Positions 1-10,212 of a DNA stretch of 54,599 nucleotides are shown piece after piece (within the stretch, counting starts at the first letter, position 1; each line of letters opens with the position of its first letter). The position numbers and the translations under genes are program-made. The stretch is taken from NCBI GenBank assembly GCA_003221995.1, contig QHUR01000034.1, forward strand, positions 1 through 54,599, given 5' to 3'. The stretch is from Gemmatimonadota bacterium. Lineage in GTDB: Bacteria; Gemmatimonadota; Gemmatimonadetes; Gemmatimonadales; GWC2-71-9. Under the pieces are notes generated by a model that was given only the letters and a program-made list of their open reading frames with translations, made no database searches and was not told the DNA's origin.

Positions 1-1
1 C

Positions 2-493
2 ATGAATGCCGGCGCCCACGGGGCCGAGTTCGCGGAGGTCGTCACGGAAGTGACCGTGATGGACGGGAAGGGCAAGATCCGGCAGCTGGCACGCAAGCAG
101 ATCTCGTTCAAGTATCGCGCCTCGAACCTCGGCGACGTCGTCGTGCTCGAGACGAAGCTGCTCCTCCTCGAAGAGGCTCCCGCCAAGCTGAAGGAGCTGC
201 AGGGGAAGCTGTTGCGGTGGCGCAAGGCCGGGACGCCGTTCGACCAGCCGTGCGCCGGCTCGGTCTTCACGAACCCCGGCGGCGCGAAGACGGCCGGGAT
301 GCTCATTGACGAGTGCGGGCTCAAGGGACACGCGATCGGCGGCGCCCAGGTATCGACCATGCACGCGAACTACTTCGTGAACACCGGTACGGCGACCCCG
401 AGCGACGTGCTGCGGCTCATCGAGCACGTGCGCAAGACGGTGCAGAAGAAGACGGGCGTGGAGCTCGAGCTGGAAGTCAAGGTGATCGGCTAA
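2..493 (+). CDS. murB: UDP-N-acetylenolpyruvoylglucosamine reductase MurB, C-terminal part (5' end lies outside the window)
   Basis: The ORF is open at the window edge. It carries MurB C-terminal motifs 'AGSVFTNP' and 'GGAQVSTMHANYFVN', and its TAA stop directly abuts the next ATG. Confidence 0.85.
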   Translation: MNAGAHGAEFAEVVTEVTVMDGKGKIRQLARKQISFKYRASNLGDVVVLETKLLLLEEAPAKLKELQGKLLRWRKAGTPFDQPCAGSVFTNPGGAKTAGMLIDECGLKGHAIGGAQVSTMHANYFVNTGTATPSDVLRLIEHVRKTVQKKTGVELELEVKVIG

Positions 494-1084
494 ATGGCCG
501 ACTATTTCGCCCACGAGTCGAGCTACGTCGAGACGGGGGCGGTCGTCGGGAAGGGCACCAAGATCTGGCACTTCTGCCACGTGATGCCGGGGGCGGTGAT
601 CGGCGAGCGCTGCACCCTGGGCCAGAACGTCGTCGTCATGCCCGGGACGCGGATCGGGAATAACTGCAAGATCCAGAACAACGTCTCGATCTACGAGGGC
701 GTGGAGCTGGAGGATGACGTGTTCTGCGGGCCGTCGTGCGTCTTCACCAACGTCCTCAACCCCCGCAGCTTCATCTCGCGGAAGCACGAATTCCGGCCTA
801 CCCGCGTCAAGCGGGGCGGCTCGATCGGCGCCAACGCCACGATCCTGTGCGGCGTCACCCTGGGCGAGTACGCCTTCATCGGTGCGGGCGCGGTCGTGAC
901 GTCCGACGTTCCCGCCTTCGGCCTGATGCTCGGGGTGCCGGCGCGCCGCGTCGGCTGGATGTGCCAGTGCGGCGAGCGCCTCCCGCTCGCCGCGGGGCAG
1001 GCGACCTGCAGCGCGTGCGGCGCGCGCTATGCCGAATCGGAGGGACTGCTGCGCCAGATTGCCCCACCTCGGCCGACAAGGTAA
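494..1084 (+). CDS. Left-handed beta-helix (hexapeptide-repeat) sugar N-acetyltransferase, WbpD/WlbB-like
   Basis: There are repeated hexapeptide units (IGERCTLGQNVVV, IGNNCKIQNNVSI, IGANATILCGVTL, IGAGAVVTSDV). The gene sits beside a DegT aminotransferase and a Gfo/Idh/MocA oxidoreductase, as in wbp/wlb clusters. Confidence 0.7.
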   Translation: MADYFAHESSYVETGAVVGKGTKIWHFCHVMPGAVIGERCTLGQNVVVMPGTRIGNNCKIQNNVSIYEGVELEDDVFCGPSCVFTNVLNPRSFISRKHEFRPTRVKRGGSIGANATILCGVTLGEYAFIGAGAVVTSDVPAFGLMLGVPARRVGWMCQCGERLPLAAGQATCSACGARYAESEGLLRQIAPPRPTR

Positions 1085-1114
1085 TTTGTTGCGCCTTTTG
1101 ACGATACCGCACAC

Positions 1115-2230
1115 ATGAACGTGCCGCTGCTCGATCTCGTGGCGCAATACCGCGGGATCAAGGACGAGCTGCTTCCCGCGCTCCAAGCGGTCATCGAGTC
1201 CCAGCAATTCATCATGGGGCCCGGCGTAGCGCGGCTCGAAGCCGAGATCGCCCGCCTGTCGCGCGCCCGGCACGGCATCGGGTGCGCCAGCGGCACCGAC
1301 GCGCTGCTGTTGCCGCTGAAGGTCCTGCAGCTCAGGCCGGGCGACGAGGTGATCACGACGCCGTTCACCTTCTTCGCCACGGCCGGCACGGTCCACAATG
1401 CGGGCGGCACGCCGGTCTTCGTGGACATCGAGCCGGAGACGTTCAACGTCGCGCCCGTGGCCGTGGAGGCCGCGCTCACCGCCCGTACCCGCGCCCTCCT
1501 TCCCGTCCACCTGTTCGGGCAGATGGCCGCGCTGGAGCGGCTGCTGCCGCTCGCCGAGCGCCGGGACCTCCGGGTGATCGAGGACGCGGCGCAGGCGATC
1601 GGGGCCCGGCGCCGCATCGCGGGCGAGTGGCGGCTGGCGGGGGAGCTGGGCTGGGTGACCGGCTTCTCCTTTTATCCGAGCAAGAACCTCGGCGCCTGGG
1701 GCGACGGCGGGATGATGGTGACGTCGGACGACGCCGTGGCCGACCGGCTGCGCAAGCTCCGACTGCATGGCGGCCCGAAGCAATACCACCACGACGAGGT
1801 CGGGACCAACTCGCGGCTCGACACGCTGCAGGCCGCCGTGCTGCTCGGGAAGCTGCCGCACCTGGCCGCGTGGTCCGCGCGGCGGCGCGAGCACGCGGCG
1901 TACTACTCCGAGGCACTCGCCGACGTGCCTCAGGTCCGGACGCCGTGCGTCGATCCCACGAACGAGCATGTCTTCCATGCGTACACGCTGCGCGTCGAGC
2001 GACGCGACGAGCTGCAGGCGCGCTTGCAGCGCGAGGGGATCGGGACCGCGGTGTATTACCCGATCCCCCTGCACCTACAAAAGTGCTTCAGTCACCTGGG
2101 CTACAAGCTCGGCCAGCTGCCCGAGGCGGAGCGGGCGGCGGGAGAAGTGCTGTCGCTGCCGATTTACCCGGAGCTCGCGCGCCCGCAGCTCGACTACGTC
2201 ATTGATGCGATTCGCGGGTTCTATCGGTGA
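1115..2230 (+). CDS. DegT/DnrJ/EryC1/StrS-family PLP-dependent sugar aminotransferase (WbpE-like)
   Basis: The 371-aa product carries the PLP-lysine region 'SFYPSKNLGAWGDGGMMVT' and the N-terminal 'QQFIMGPGVARLEAEIA' typical of this family. Confidence 0.8.
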   Translation: MNVPLLDLVAQYRGIKDELLPALQAVIESQQFIMGPGVARLEAEIARLSRARHGIGCASGTDALLLPLKVLQLRPGDEVITTPFTFFATAGTVHNAGGTPVFVDIEPETFNVAPVAVEAALTARTRALLPVHLFGQMAALERLLPLAERRDLRVIEDAAQAIGARRRIAGEWRLAGELGWVTGFSFYPSKNLGAWGDGGMMVTSDDAVADRLRKLRLHGGPKQYHHDEVGTNSRLDTLQAAVLLGKLPHLAAWSARRREHAAYYSEALADVPQVRTPCVDPTNEHVFHAYTLRVERRDELQARLQREGIGTAVYYPIPLHLQKCFSHLGYKLGQLPEAERAAGEVLSLPIYPELARPQLDYVIDAIRGFYR

Positions 2231-3230
2231 GCCGACTCAAGCTCGGCGTCATTGGGGCCGGGGCCTGGGGGAGGAACCACGTCCGCGCGGCGGCGACGCT
2301 TCCCGACGTGGCGCTCACGGCCGTGTGCGACACCGATCCCAAGGTGCGCGAGCGACTCGCCCACCAGCAGCCTGCGGTGCACGTGACCGGAGACGTGGCC
2401 GACTTGCTGGGCCGAGTGGACGCCGCCGTGGTGGCGTCTCCGGCCGCGACTCACTCGGCGATCGCGCTGCAGTGCATCGAGGCGGGGCTGCCGTGTCTCG
2501 TGGAGAAGCCGTTCGCGCTGAGCGTGCGGGATGCCGAAGGCGTGGCGCGACGGGCCGCCGAGCGGCGGGTCCCGGTCCTGGCGGGCCACCTGCTCGTGTA
2601 CCATCCGGCGGTGGAGCGACTGCGCGCGCTGGTGCAGGGCGGGGAGCTCGGGCGGCTCTATTATCTCTATGGACTGCGCGTGAACCTGGGACAGGTGCGG
2701 GCCGACGAGAACGCCCTGTGGAGCTTCGGGCCGCACGACGTTTCCATGGCACTCTATTTGCTTGGTGAGCCGCCCCAGCGGGTCGCCGCTCAGGGGCGGA
2801 GCTACCTGCAGCCCCGGGTGGAAGCGTCGTGTTCCTCACCATGGACTTCGCGAGCGGCGTGCTGGCGCACGTGCAGCTCTCCTGGCTCGACCCGCACAAA
2901 GAGCGCAAGCTGACCGTGGTGGGGGCGAAGAAGATGGTGGTGTTCGACGACATGGAGCCGCGGGAGAAGCTACGCATCTACGACAAGGGCGTGGACCGGC
3001 CCCCCGAGTACGGATCATATGGTGAGAGCCTCGCGATCCGGGAGGGCGACATCTTCATTCCCAAGATTCCCAATGTGGAGCCGCTCGCCGCCGAGCTGGG
3101 CCATTTCGTCCGGGTCGCGCGGGGCGAGGAGGCGCCGCGGGCGGGTGCCGAGGACGGCGTCCGGGTGGTGCGGGTGCTCGAAGCGGCTTCCCGCTCGCTC
3201 GCCGGAGGCGGCGCACCCATGAGCCTGTGA
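2227..3230 (+). pseudogene. Gfo/Idh/MocA-family sugar oxidoreductase (WbpB/WlbA-like) split by an apparent 1-nt frameshift near 2824-2829
   Basis: The N-terminal Rossmann part (LGVIGAGAWGRNH...EKPFALS) is in the frame of 2227..2913. The conserved C-terminal part (VVFLTMDFASGVLAHVQLSWLDPHKERKLTVVGAKKMVVFDD) continues in the frame of 2829..3230. Adding one nucleotide after 'gaag' at about 2824 would restore ...QPRVE-x-VVFLTMDF. Confidence 0.7.
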
Positions 3231-4540
3231 GCGCCAAGGCACAGCAGCCGGCCGACCTGCTCGCGGCGAAGGCGGCCGACCGCACGGCGCTCATCGGCGT
3301 CGTGGGTCTCGGTTACGTCGGGCTGCCGCTCGCGCTGGAGTTCGTGCGTGCGGGCTACCGCGTCGTCGGGTTCGACGTGAACCAGGCGACGATAGCAGGG
3401 CTGAACCAGGGGCGCTCGCACATCCAGGACGTCCCGACGCAGCGCCTGGCGGAGGCCGTGCGGGCCGGGACGTTCGCGGCGACGAGCGACCTGTCGCGGC
3501 TCAAGGACCCGGACGTGATCTCGATCTGCGTCCCCACGCCGTTATCCAAGACCAAGGACCCGGACGTCAGCTTCGTGCTCGCCGCCACCAATTCGGTGAA
3601 GCAGACCCTGCGGCAGGGCCAGCTCGTGGTGCTCGAATCCACGACGTATCCGGGGACCACGCGGGAGCTGATGCTGCCCGCGCTCGAGAGCACCGGGCTC
3701 AAGGTGGGGAAAGACTTCTTTCTCGCCTTCTCCCCCGAGCGGGTGGACCCGGGCAATCCCGCCTGGAACACGCGCAACACGCCCAAGGTGGTGGGGGGCA
3801 TCACCCCCGAGTGCCTGCGCGTCGCGGTCGCGATCTACCAGCCGGCGATTGAACGACTCGTGGCCGTGTCCTCCACCGAGGCGGCCGAGCTCGTGAAGAT
3901 CCTCGAGAACACGTTCCGCAGCGTGAACATCGGTCTCGTGAACGAGATGGCGATCGTGTGCGACAAGCTCGGCGTCGACGTGTGGGAAGTGATCGACGCC
4001 GCCGCCACGAAGCCGTTCGGCTTCATGAAGTTCACGCCCGGGCCCGGGCTGGGCGGGCACTGCATCCCCATCGACCCGCACTACCTCGCCTGGAAGATGC
4101 GCGCGCTCAACTACAAGACCCGCTTCATCGAGATCGCGGGCGAGGTGAACGCCGAGATGCCCGAGTTCTGGGTGGGGAAGGTGGCCGACCGGCTGAACGA
4201 CCAGTCGAAGGCGATCCGCGGCAGCAAGATTCTCGTGCTCGGTGTCGCCTACAAGAAGGATGTGGAAGACGTGCGGGAGAGCCCGGCCCTCGACGTCATC
4301 CGGCTGCTGCGACAGCGTGGGGGCACGGTCGAGTACCACGACCCGCACGTTCCGGCCCTGGACGAGGACGGGGTGACGTTGCGCTCCGTGCCGCTCACGC
4401 CGGCGGCGCTCCAGGCCGCCGACTGCGTGCTCATCGTCACCGACCACTCCACCGTGGACTACGCGACGGTGGCCCGGCACGCGCGCATCCTCGTCGACAC
4501 CCGCAACGTGCTGGCGCGCGCGGTCAAGGACCCGCCATGA
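3227..4540 (+). CDS. UDP-N-acetyl-hexosamine 6-dehydrogenase (nucleotide-sugar dehydrogenase, WbpA/TviB/WecC-like)
   Basis: The 437-aa product has a Rossmann motif 'VVGLGYVGLPLALEF' and a catalytic-Cys region 'GLGGHCIPIDP'. Its GTG start overlaps the preceding TGA (GTGA). Confidence 0.8.
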   Translation: MSAKAQQPADLLAAKAADRTALIGVVGLGYVGLPLALEFVRAGYRVVGFDVNQATIAGLNQGRSHIQDVPTQRLAEAVRAGTFAATSDLSRLKDPDVISICVPTPLSKTKDPDVSFVLAATNSVKQTLRQGQLVVLESTTYPGTTRELMLPALESTGLKVGKDFFLAFSPERVDPGNPAWNTRNTPKVVGGITPECLRVAVAIYQPAIERLVAVSSTEAAELVKILENTFRSVNIGLVNEMAIVCDKLGVDVWEVIDAAATKPFGFMKFTPGPGLGGHCIPIDPHYLAWKMRALNYKTRFIEIAGEVNAEMPEFWVGKVADRLNDQSKAIRGSKILVLGVAYKKDVEDVRESPALDVIRLLRQRGGTVEYHDPHVPALDEDGVTLRSVPLTPAALQAADCVLIVTDHSTVDYATVARHARILVDTRNVLARAVKDPP

Positions 4541-5856
4541 AGGTCGCGGTGGTGGGGACGGGGTACGTAGGTCTCGTCGTGGGCGCCTGTCTCGCCGAGA
4601 CCGGCAACGACGTCGTCTGCGCGGACCTGGACGCCGCGAAGATCACCTCGCTGCAGCGCAATCGGCTGCCGATCTACGAACCCGGTCTCGAGCCGCTGGT
4701 CGGGCGCAACCAGCGGGAGGGCCGGCTCCAGTTCACGACGGAGGTGGCCGCCGCGATCGAACGCTCGGATATCGTCTTCATCGCCGTGGGCACGCCGCCC
4801 AACGAGGACGGCTCGGCGGATCTGCAGCACGTGCTCGACGTCGCCACCACGGTGGGACGGCACCTCCACGCCCCCAAGATCGTCATCACCAAGAGCACCG
4901 TCCCGGTCGGCACGGCCGAGAAGGTGCGCGCCGAGATCGCTCGGCACACCCGCACGCCGTTTCACGTCTGCTCCAACCCGGAGTTTCTCAAGGAGGGGGC
5001 GGCGGTCGAGGACTTCATGAAGCCCGACCGGGTGGTCGTGGGCATCGATTCGGAGGAGGCGGCGCGCGTGCTCGAGCAGCTGTACGCGCCGTTCGTGCGC
5101 ACCGGCAATCCGCTCATCTTCATGGACATCCCGTCGGCCGAGATGACCAAGTACGCGGCCAACGCGATGCTCGCGGCGCGGATCTCGTTCATGAACCAGA
5201 TCGCGCGGCTGTGCGAAGTGGTGGGAGCCGACGTGAGCCTCGTGCGGAAGGGCATCGGCACCGACCGGCGGATCGGGGCGGCGTTCCTGTTTCCAGGCCC
5301 CGGCTACGGTGGCTCGTGCTTCCCGAAGGACGTGAGGGCCCTGATCCGGACGGGGGAGGAACGGGGCGTCCCGCTCGACATCCTCCAGGCCGTCGAGGCG
5401 GCGAACCAGCGCCAGAAGCGGGTCCTGTTCGAGAAGCTGGAGCGGCACTTCCGGGGGCAGCTTGCCGGAGAGACCATCGCCGTGTGGGGGCTCGCCTTCA
5501 AGGCGGAGACCGACGACGTCCGTGAGAGCCCGGCGCTCGCGCTCGTCGAGGCGTTGCTCGCAGCGGGCGCCGCCGTGCGGGTCCACGATCCCGCCGCGCT
5601 CGAGACCGCGCGCTTCCAGCTGGGCGATCGCGTCGCCTACGCGTCCCGCGCCTACGACGCGCTCGAGGGGGCCTCGGCGCTCGCGGTGGTGACCGAGTGG
5701 CTGGAGTACCGTAACCCGGACTTCGACCGTATCAAGCGTCTGCTGAAGCGCCCCCTCATCGTGGACGGGCGCAACCTGTACGACCCTGCGCGTCTGGCGC
5801 GGCTGGGCTTCACCTACGATAGCATCGGCCGGCGCGTGGCATGCGCGCCCTCGTAA
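4537..5856 (+). CDS. ugd: UDP-glucose 6-dehydrogenase
   Basis: An internal ATG at 4537 (ATGA overlap with the upstream stop) gives '[23 protein letters not shown]'. The catalytic motif 'GGSCFPKD' is present. The upstream part of ORF 3958..5856 is off-frame overlap with the previous gene. Confidence 0.85.
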   Translation: MKVAVVGTGYVGLVVGACLAETGNDVVCADLDAAKITSLQRNRLPIYEPGLEPLVGRNQREGRLQFTTEVAAAIERSDIVFIAVGTPPNEDGSADLQHVLDVATTVGRHLHAPKIVITKSTVPVGTAEKVRAEIARHTRTPFHVCSNPEFLKEGAAVEDFMKPDRVVVGIDSEEAARVLEQLYAPFVRTGNPLIFMDIPSAEMTKYAANAMLAARISFMNQIARLCEVVGADVSLVRKGIGTDRRIGAAFLFPGPGYGGSCFPKDVRALIRTGEERGVPLDILQAVEAANQRQKRVLFEKLERHFRGQLAGETIAVWGLAFKAETDDVRESPALALVEALLAAGAAVRVHDPAALETARFQLGDRVAYASRAYDALEGASALAVVTEWLEYRNPDFDRIKRLLKRPLIVDGRNLYDPARLARLGFTYDSIGRRVACAPS

Positions 5857-6776
5857 CCGGGGCCGGGGGCTTCCTCGGCTCCCACCTGTGCGACCGCCTG
5901 CTCGCCCAGGGCCACGGCGTCGTGGGGATGGACAACTATGTCACAGGTAATCCCGCCAACATCGCCCACCTCGAGCACCACCCCCACTTCCAGCTCATCC
6001 GTCACGACGTCACGACCTTCATTGAGATCGACGGGCCGCTCGACGGCGTGCTGCACTTCGCCAGCCCGGCGAGCCCGGTAGACTACCTCGAGCTGCCCAT
6101 TCAGACCCTGAAGGTCGGCTCGCTCGGCACGCACAAGGCGCTCGGCGTCGCCAAGGCGAAGGGCGCGCGCTTCTTGCTCGCCTCGACCTCGGAGGTGTAC
6201 GGGGATCCGCTGCTGCACCCGCAGCCCGAGAGCTACTGGGGCAACGTCAACCCCGTCGGCCCGCGCGGCGTGTACGACGAGGCCAAGCGCTTTGCCGAGG
6301 CGATGACGATGGCTTACCACCGCTACCACGGCGTGGACACGCGCATCGTCCGGATCTTCAACACCTACGGCCCGCGCATGCGTCCCCGCGACGGGCGGGT
6401 CGTGTCGAACTTCATCGTGCAGGCCCTGAAAGGGGAGCCGCTGACGGTGTACGGTGACGGCTCGCAGACGCGCTCCTTCTGCTACGTCGACGACCTGATC
6501 GAAGGGATCGTGCGGCTGTTCGAGCGCGGCGGGCCCGACCCGGTCAACATCGGCAACCCGCGCGAATTCACCGTGCGCGAGCTCGCGGGGCTCGTGCTGC
6601 GGCTCACCGGCAGCAAGAGCCCGATCGTCGAGCGACCGCTCCCCGTGGACGACCCCAAAGTCCGCCAGCCCGACATCACGCGGGCGCACACCCTGCTCGC
6701 CTGGGAGCCACGGGTCACCCTCGAGGACGGCCTGCGCCGGACCATCGACTATTTCCGGGCCGTGATCGACGGATGA
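5841..6776 (+). CDS. UDP-glucuronate decarboxylase (UDP-xylose synthase), extended SDR
   Basis: The product carries '[16 protein letters not shown]', the YxxxK motif 'YDEAKRFAE' and '[15 protein letters not shown]', which is typical of UXS/ArnA-decarboxylase-type enzymes. Confidence 0.85.
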   Translation: MRALVTGAGGFLGSHLCDRLLAQGHGVVGMDNYVTGNPANIAHLEHHPHFQLIRHDVTTFIEIDGPLDGVLHFASPASPVDYLELPIQTLKVGSLGTHKALGVAKAKGARFLLASTSEVYGDPLLHPQPESYWGNVNPVGPRGVYDEAKRFAEAMTMAYHRYHGVDTRIVRIFNTYGPRMRPRDGRVVSNFIVQALKGEPLTVYGDGSQTRSFCYVDDLIEGIVRLFERGGPDPVNIGNPREFTVRELAGLVLRLTGSKSPIVERPLPVDDPKVRQPDITRAHTLLAWEPRVTLEDGLRRTIDYFRAVIDG

Positions 6777-7741
6777 CCCGGCGCGTGCTGGTGACGGGCG
6801 CGGCCGGGTTCATCGGGTCGCACGTGTGCGAGGCTCTGGTGGCGCGCGGCGACGACGTGATCGGCGTCGACAACTTCGACCCGTTCTACGCGCGGGACAT
6901 CAAGGAACGGAACCTGGAGGGGCTGCGGCGGGGGCCGCGGTTCCGGCTGCTCGAGGCCGACGCGGCCCACGACCCGTTGCCCTGGGACGGCGTCGCGGTG
7001 GCGATCCACCTCGCGGCGCGGCCGGGTGTGCGGCCGTCGCTCGAGGACCCCGCGGCCTACGTCACGGCGAATGTGGTCGCCACCGCTCGCGTGCTGGACG
7101 GCGCGCGCCGGGCCGGCGTGCGGCGCGTCGTCCACGGGTCGTCGTCGTCGGTGTACGGGGACACGACGCCGGCGCCGTTCTGCGAGGACGCGGCCGCCGT
7201 CGAACCGATCTCGCCCTACGCGGCGACGAAGCGGGCGAGCGAGCTGCTCGCGCACGTGTTCGCCCGGCTCTATCGGATGCGGATCCCCTGCCTGCGGTTC
7301 TTCACGGTGTACGGTCCGCGGCAGCGCCCCGACCTGGCCATTCACCGGTTCACCGAACTGATCGCGCGCGGGCAGCCGCTCCGCATGCACGGCGACGGGT
7401 CGAGCGAGCGGGACTATACCTATATTAGTGACGCGGTGGACGGCGTCCTGGCCGCGGTGGAGTGGACGGCCCGGCCCGCGCCGGGAGGGGCGTGCACGGC
7501 GATCAACATCGGGGGCGGAGCGCCGGTGCGGCTGGACCGGCTGATCGCCCTGATCGGGCGGACCGTGGGCCGCGCGCCGGACATGGAGCGCTGCCCCGAC
7601 CAGCCCGGGGACGTACGGGTCACGGCGGCCGACCTGCGCCGTGCCGAGGCGGAGCTGGGCTACCGGCCGCGCGTCGGGATCGAGGAAGGGATCCGGCACT
7701 TCGTCCGCTGGTACGAGGCGACCCATGGACGTCAGTCCTGA
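6773..7741 (+). CDS. NAD-dependent epimerase/dehydratase, UDP-glucuronate 4-epimerase-like
   Basis: The product carries '[16 protein letters not shown]', '[18 protein letters not shown]' and the YxxxK motif 'YAATKRASE'. It has an ATGA overlap with the upstream gene. Confidence 0.7.
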   Translation: MTRRVLVTGAAGFIGSHVCEALVARGDDVIGVDNFDPFYARDIKERNLEGLRRGPRFRLLEADAAHDPLPWDGVAVAIHLAARPGVRPSLEDPAAYVTANVVATARVLDGARRAGVRRVVHGSSSSVYGDTTPAPFCEDAAAVEPISPYAATKRASELLAHVFARLYRMRIPCLRFFTVYGPRQRPDLAIHRFTELIARGQPLRMHGDGSSERDYTYISDAVDGVLAAVEWTARPAPGGACTAINIGGGAPVRLDRLIALIGRTVGRAPDMERCPDQPGDVRVTAADLRRAEAELGYRPRVGIEEGIRHFVRWYEATHGRQS

Positions 7742-8534
7742 GCATCTCGTCGAGCAGGCCCGCGAGCGCTTCCAGCTGCAGGACTACTACGGCGCCATTC
7801 ACCTGCTCGAGGAGGTGATCGCGGCCGGCCGCGCGTTCGCCGACGCCCATCATCTGCTGGGCCTGTCGTACTCCCTGGTAGGCCAGCAGGAGCAGGCCTT
7901 GGCGCAGCTCGACCGCGCGTTGCAGCTGAACCCGCAGTACGTCGAAGCGCTCATCCACAAGGCCATCGTCCTGAACGAGCTGGGCCGCGAGTACGAAGCT
8001 GACGCGTCGCTGCGCCGCGCCGCCAAGCTGTCGAGCGAGCTGCGCCAGGGCCTGCCGGCGCACGTCGCGGCCAAACTCGCCAACCAGCACGCGGCGCTCG
8101 GCGATGCGTATCTCGAGGCGGGCGCGCTGCCGCAGGCGATCGACCAGTATCAGACGGCGCTCACGCTGGGACCAACGTTTCACGACTTGCGGTATAAGCT
8201 GGGGCGCATGCTGCTGCAGGGGGGGCAGGCGCTGCAGGCGCGCGAGCAGTTCGAGATCATCGTGCGGCACCGCCCCGCGTACCTCGATGCCGCCGCCATG
8301 CTCGGGCTCGCGTGTTACCTGGCCGGCGACGGACTCGCCGCGAAGGCGGTGTGGGAAGACTGCCGCGAGCGCCGGCCGGAGGATCCCCGCGTGGAAGCGT
8401 ATCTCGCGATGCTGGCGCGGAACGACACCGGCCCGCCCGCCGGCGCCACGACGGCGCCGGCCGAGGCCTCCCCCCCGGAGGCCGAGGGCCACGGGGGCCC
8501 CGAGGGGCGGGGGGGTAAGAAGAAGAGGCCGTGA
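7725..8534 (+). CDS. Tetratricopeptide-repeat protein
   Basis: I chose the ATG at 7725 because the first 28 codons of ORF 7641 overlap the previous gene. TPR-like helices recur (AHHLLGLSYSLVGQQEQALAQLDRALQLNPQY..., ALGDAYLEAGALPQAIDQYQTALTLGP...). Confidence 0.6.
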   Translation: MDVSPEHLVEQARERFQLQDYYGAIHLLEEVIAAGRAFADAHHLLGLSYSLVGQQEQALAQLDRALQLNPQYVEALIHKAIVLNELGREYEADASLRRAAKLSSELRQGLPAHVAAKLANQHAALGDAYLEAGALPQAIDQYQTALTLGPTFHDLRYKLGRMLLQGGQALQAREQFEIIVRHRPAYLDAAAMLGLACYLAGDGLAAKAVWEDCRERRPEDPRVEAYLAMLARNDTGPPAGATTAPAEASPPEAEGHGGPEGRGGKKKRP

Positions 8535-9451
8535 GGGGCGCGATCGTGGGGCTGGCGCTCCTCGTGGCGGCGGGCTGCACCCGGAGCGCGGCTGACCACG
8601 AGGAGCTCGGGGACCGGGCCTATGCTGCCGGAGCCTATCGCGACGCGCTCGCCGAGTATCAGTTGGGGCTGAAGGCGCAGCCGGGCAACGCGGACCTCCA
8701 AGCCAAGGCCGCCGCCGCGGCGCTGCATACAGGTGACTACGCGATCGCCGTGCCGGCCTACCTGGCGCTCGCGCAGCGCGACCGCTCGCGCGCCGGGGAG
8801 GCGGCCGACGGCCTGGAGCGGGTGGCGCGCGCCGCGCTCGCGGCGAATGACCGCGCCGCGGTCGTGAGCGCGCTCGCGGCCCTGCGGGCCGTAGCGCCGG
8901 AGCGACCGCTCGGTCGCTACGCCCGGCTGGCGGCGCTGGACGCCACCAACCGGGGGGATTCAGCCGCGGCGCTCGCGATCCTCCCGAGCGCCGTCGCGAC
9001 CGTGGGCGACCCCGGGACGGCCGACTCGCTGCTCTATCTGTACGGCATGGCCGCGGCGCGCGCGCGGGACTGCACGACCGCCGTCGCGGCGTTCGAGGGC
9101 GTGATCCGGCGGCAGCGCGCGCCGGCTGTCCAGGACGCGGCGCGCGAGGGCATCAGCCTGTGCGCGCTGATCGAAGGCCAGCGCATGCTCGAGGCCGGGA
9201 AGCCCGCCGACGCCGAGAGCTGGTTCCGGCGGGCGACCGCCCCCGGGGCGCCGCTCGAGGTCACGCGGGGCGCCTTCCTGGGCCTGGGCGACGTGCGGCT
9301 CGCGCAGGGCGACGTCCCCGGCGCGCTCGAGAGCTACCAGCAGGCGCTGGTGGGCGGTGCGGCCGGCGACACCATCACGCAGCGCGCCCAGGCCAAGATC
9401 AAGGCGCTCGGCAAGGCGGACGCGCCCACGGCGCCGCCCAACCAACCGTGA
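8531..9451 (+). CDS. TPR-like lipoprotein (hypothetical)
   Basis: The N-terminus 'MRGAIVGLALLVAAGC' looks like a lipobox, followed by Ala-rich TPR-like repeats. It has a GTGA overlap with the upstream gene. Confidence 0.55.
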   Translation: MRGAIVGLALLVAAGCTRSAADHEELGDRAYAAGAYRDALAEYQLGLKAQPGNADLQAKAAAAALHTGDYAIAVPAYLALAQRDRSRAGEAADGLERVARAALAANDRAAVVSALAALRAVAPERPLGRYARLAALDATNRGDSAAALAILPSAVATVGDPGTADSLLYLYGMAAARARDCTTAVAAFEGVIRRQRAPAVQDAAREGISLCALIEGQRMLEAGKPADAESWFRRATAPGAPLEVTRGAFLGLGDVRLAQGDVPGALESYQQALVGGAAGDTITQRAQAKIKALGKADAPTAPPNQP

Positions 9452-9456
9452 GGACG

Positions 9457-10209
9457 ATGCGTCGCTGCTGGGTCGTTGGCTGGATCGCTGTGGCCGCCTG
9501 CGGGCGCGCAGGGCCGCCGCCGGTCGCACCGGCGGTGCGTCCCGAGGTGGAGCTCGCACGGGCCAAGGAGCGGTTTCGCCGCGGGGACTTCTCGCACGCC
9601 CTCGCCACGTTCAAGAAGCTCAGCCTCCAATTCCTGCCGGCCCAGCCCGAGGCTGCCGAGACGCGCTACTACCTCGCCGAATGCTACTTCCAGACCGGCG
9701 ATCGTCTGGAGGCGGCGCACGAATTCCGTCAGGTCGCCGATCTGTACCCCAGCACCGACTACGCTCCAAACGCGCTGCTGCGCGCCGGCGACGCCAACCT
9801 GCGCCTGTGGCGGCGGCCCGAGCTCGACCCGTCCTACGGGCAGGCGGCGCTCGCCATCTACCAGGAGCTGCAGGGACGCTATCCCGGCACGCCGGCGGCG
9901 GCCCGGGCTCAGCTGCACGTGAAGCAGCTGCGCGACTGGTTCGCCGAAAAGACTTTCAAGAACGGGATGTTCTACTTCCGGCGCCGGGCCTACGACTCGG
10001 GCATCATTTATTTCAAAGACGTGATCGCGAACTACTCCGAATCGCGCTGGACCGTACCGGCGCTGCTGCGTCTCGTGGACAGCTACCGTGCGATCGGCTA
10101 CGCCGACGAGCGGCGGGAGACCTGCGCCCACCTGCGGCGCTTTTATCCCACGGCGTCCGGGCTCAGCGACCGCTGCCCGGCCGACACGAGCGCCGCGTCC
10201 CCGTCCTGA
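9457..10209 (+). CDS. bamD: Outer-membrane protein assembly factor BamD (YfiO-like lipoprotein)
   Basis: An internal ATG at 9457 gives 'MRRCWVVGWIAVAAC' (lipobox). The TPR body 'AETRYYLAECYFQTGDRLEAAHEFRQVADLYPSTDYAPNALLR...' and 'VIANYSESRWTVPALLRLVDSY' are typical of BamD. Confidence 0.7.
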   Translation: MRRCWVVGWIAVAACGRAGPPPVAPAVRPEVELARAKERFRRGDFSHALATFKKLSLQFLPAQPEAAETRYYLAECYFQTGDRLEAAHEFRQVADLYPSTDYAPNALLRAGDANLRLWRRPELDPSYGQAALAIYQELQGRYPGTPAAARAQLHVKQLRDWFAEKTFKNGMFYFRRRAYDSGIIYFKDVIANYSESRWTVPALLRLVDSYRAIGYADERRETCAHLRRFYPTASGLSDRCPADTSAASPS

Positions 10210-10212
10210 CGC

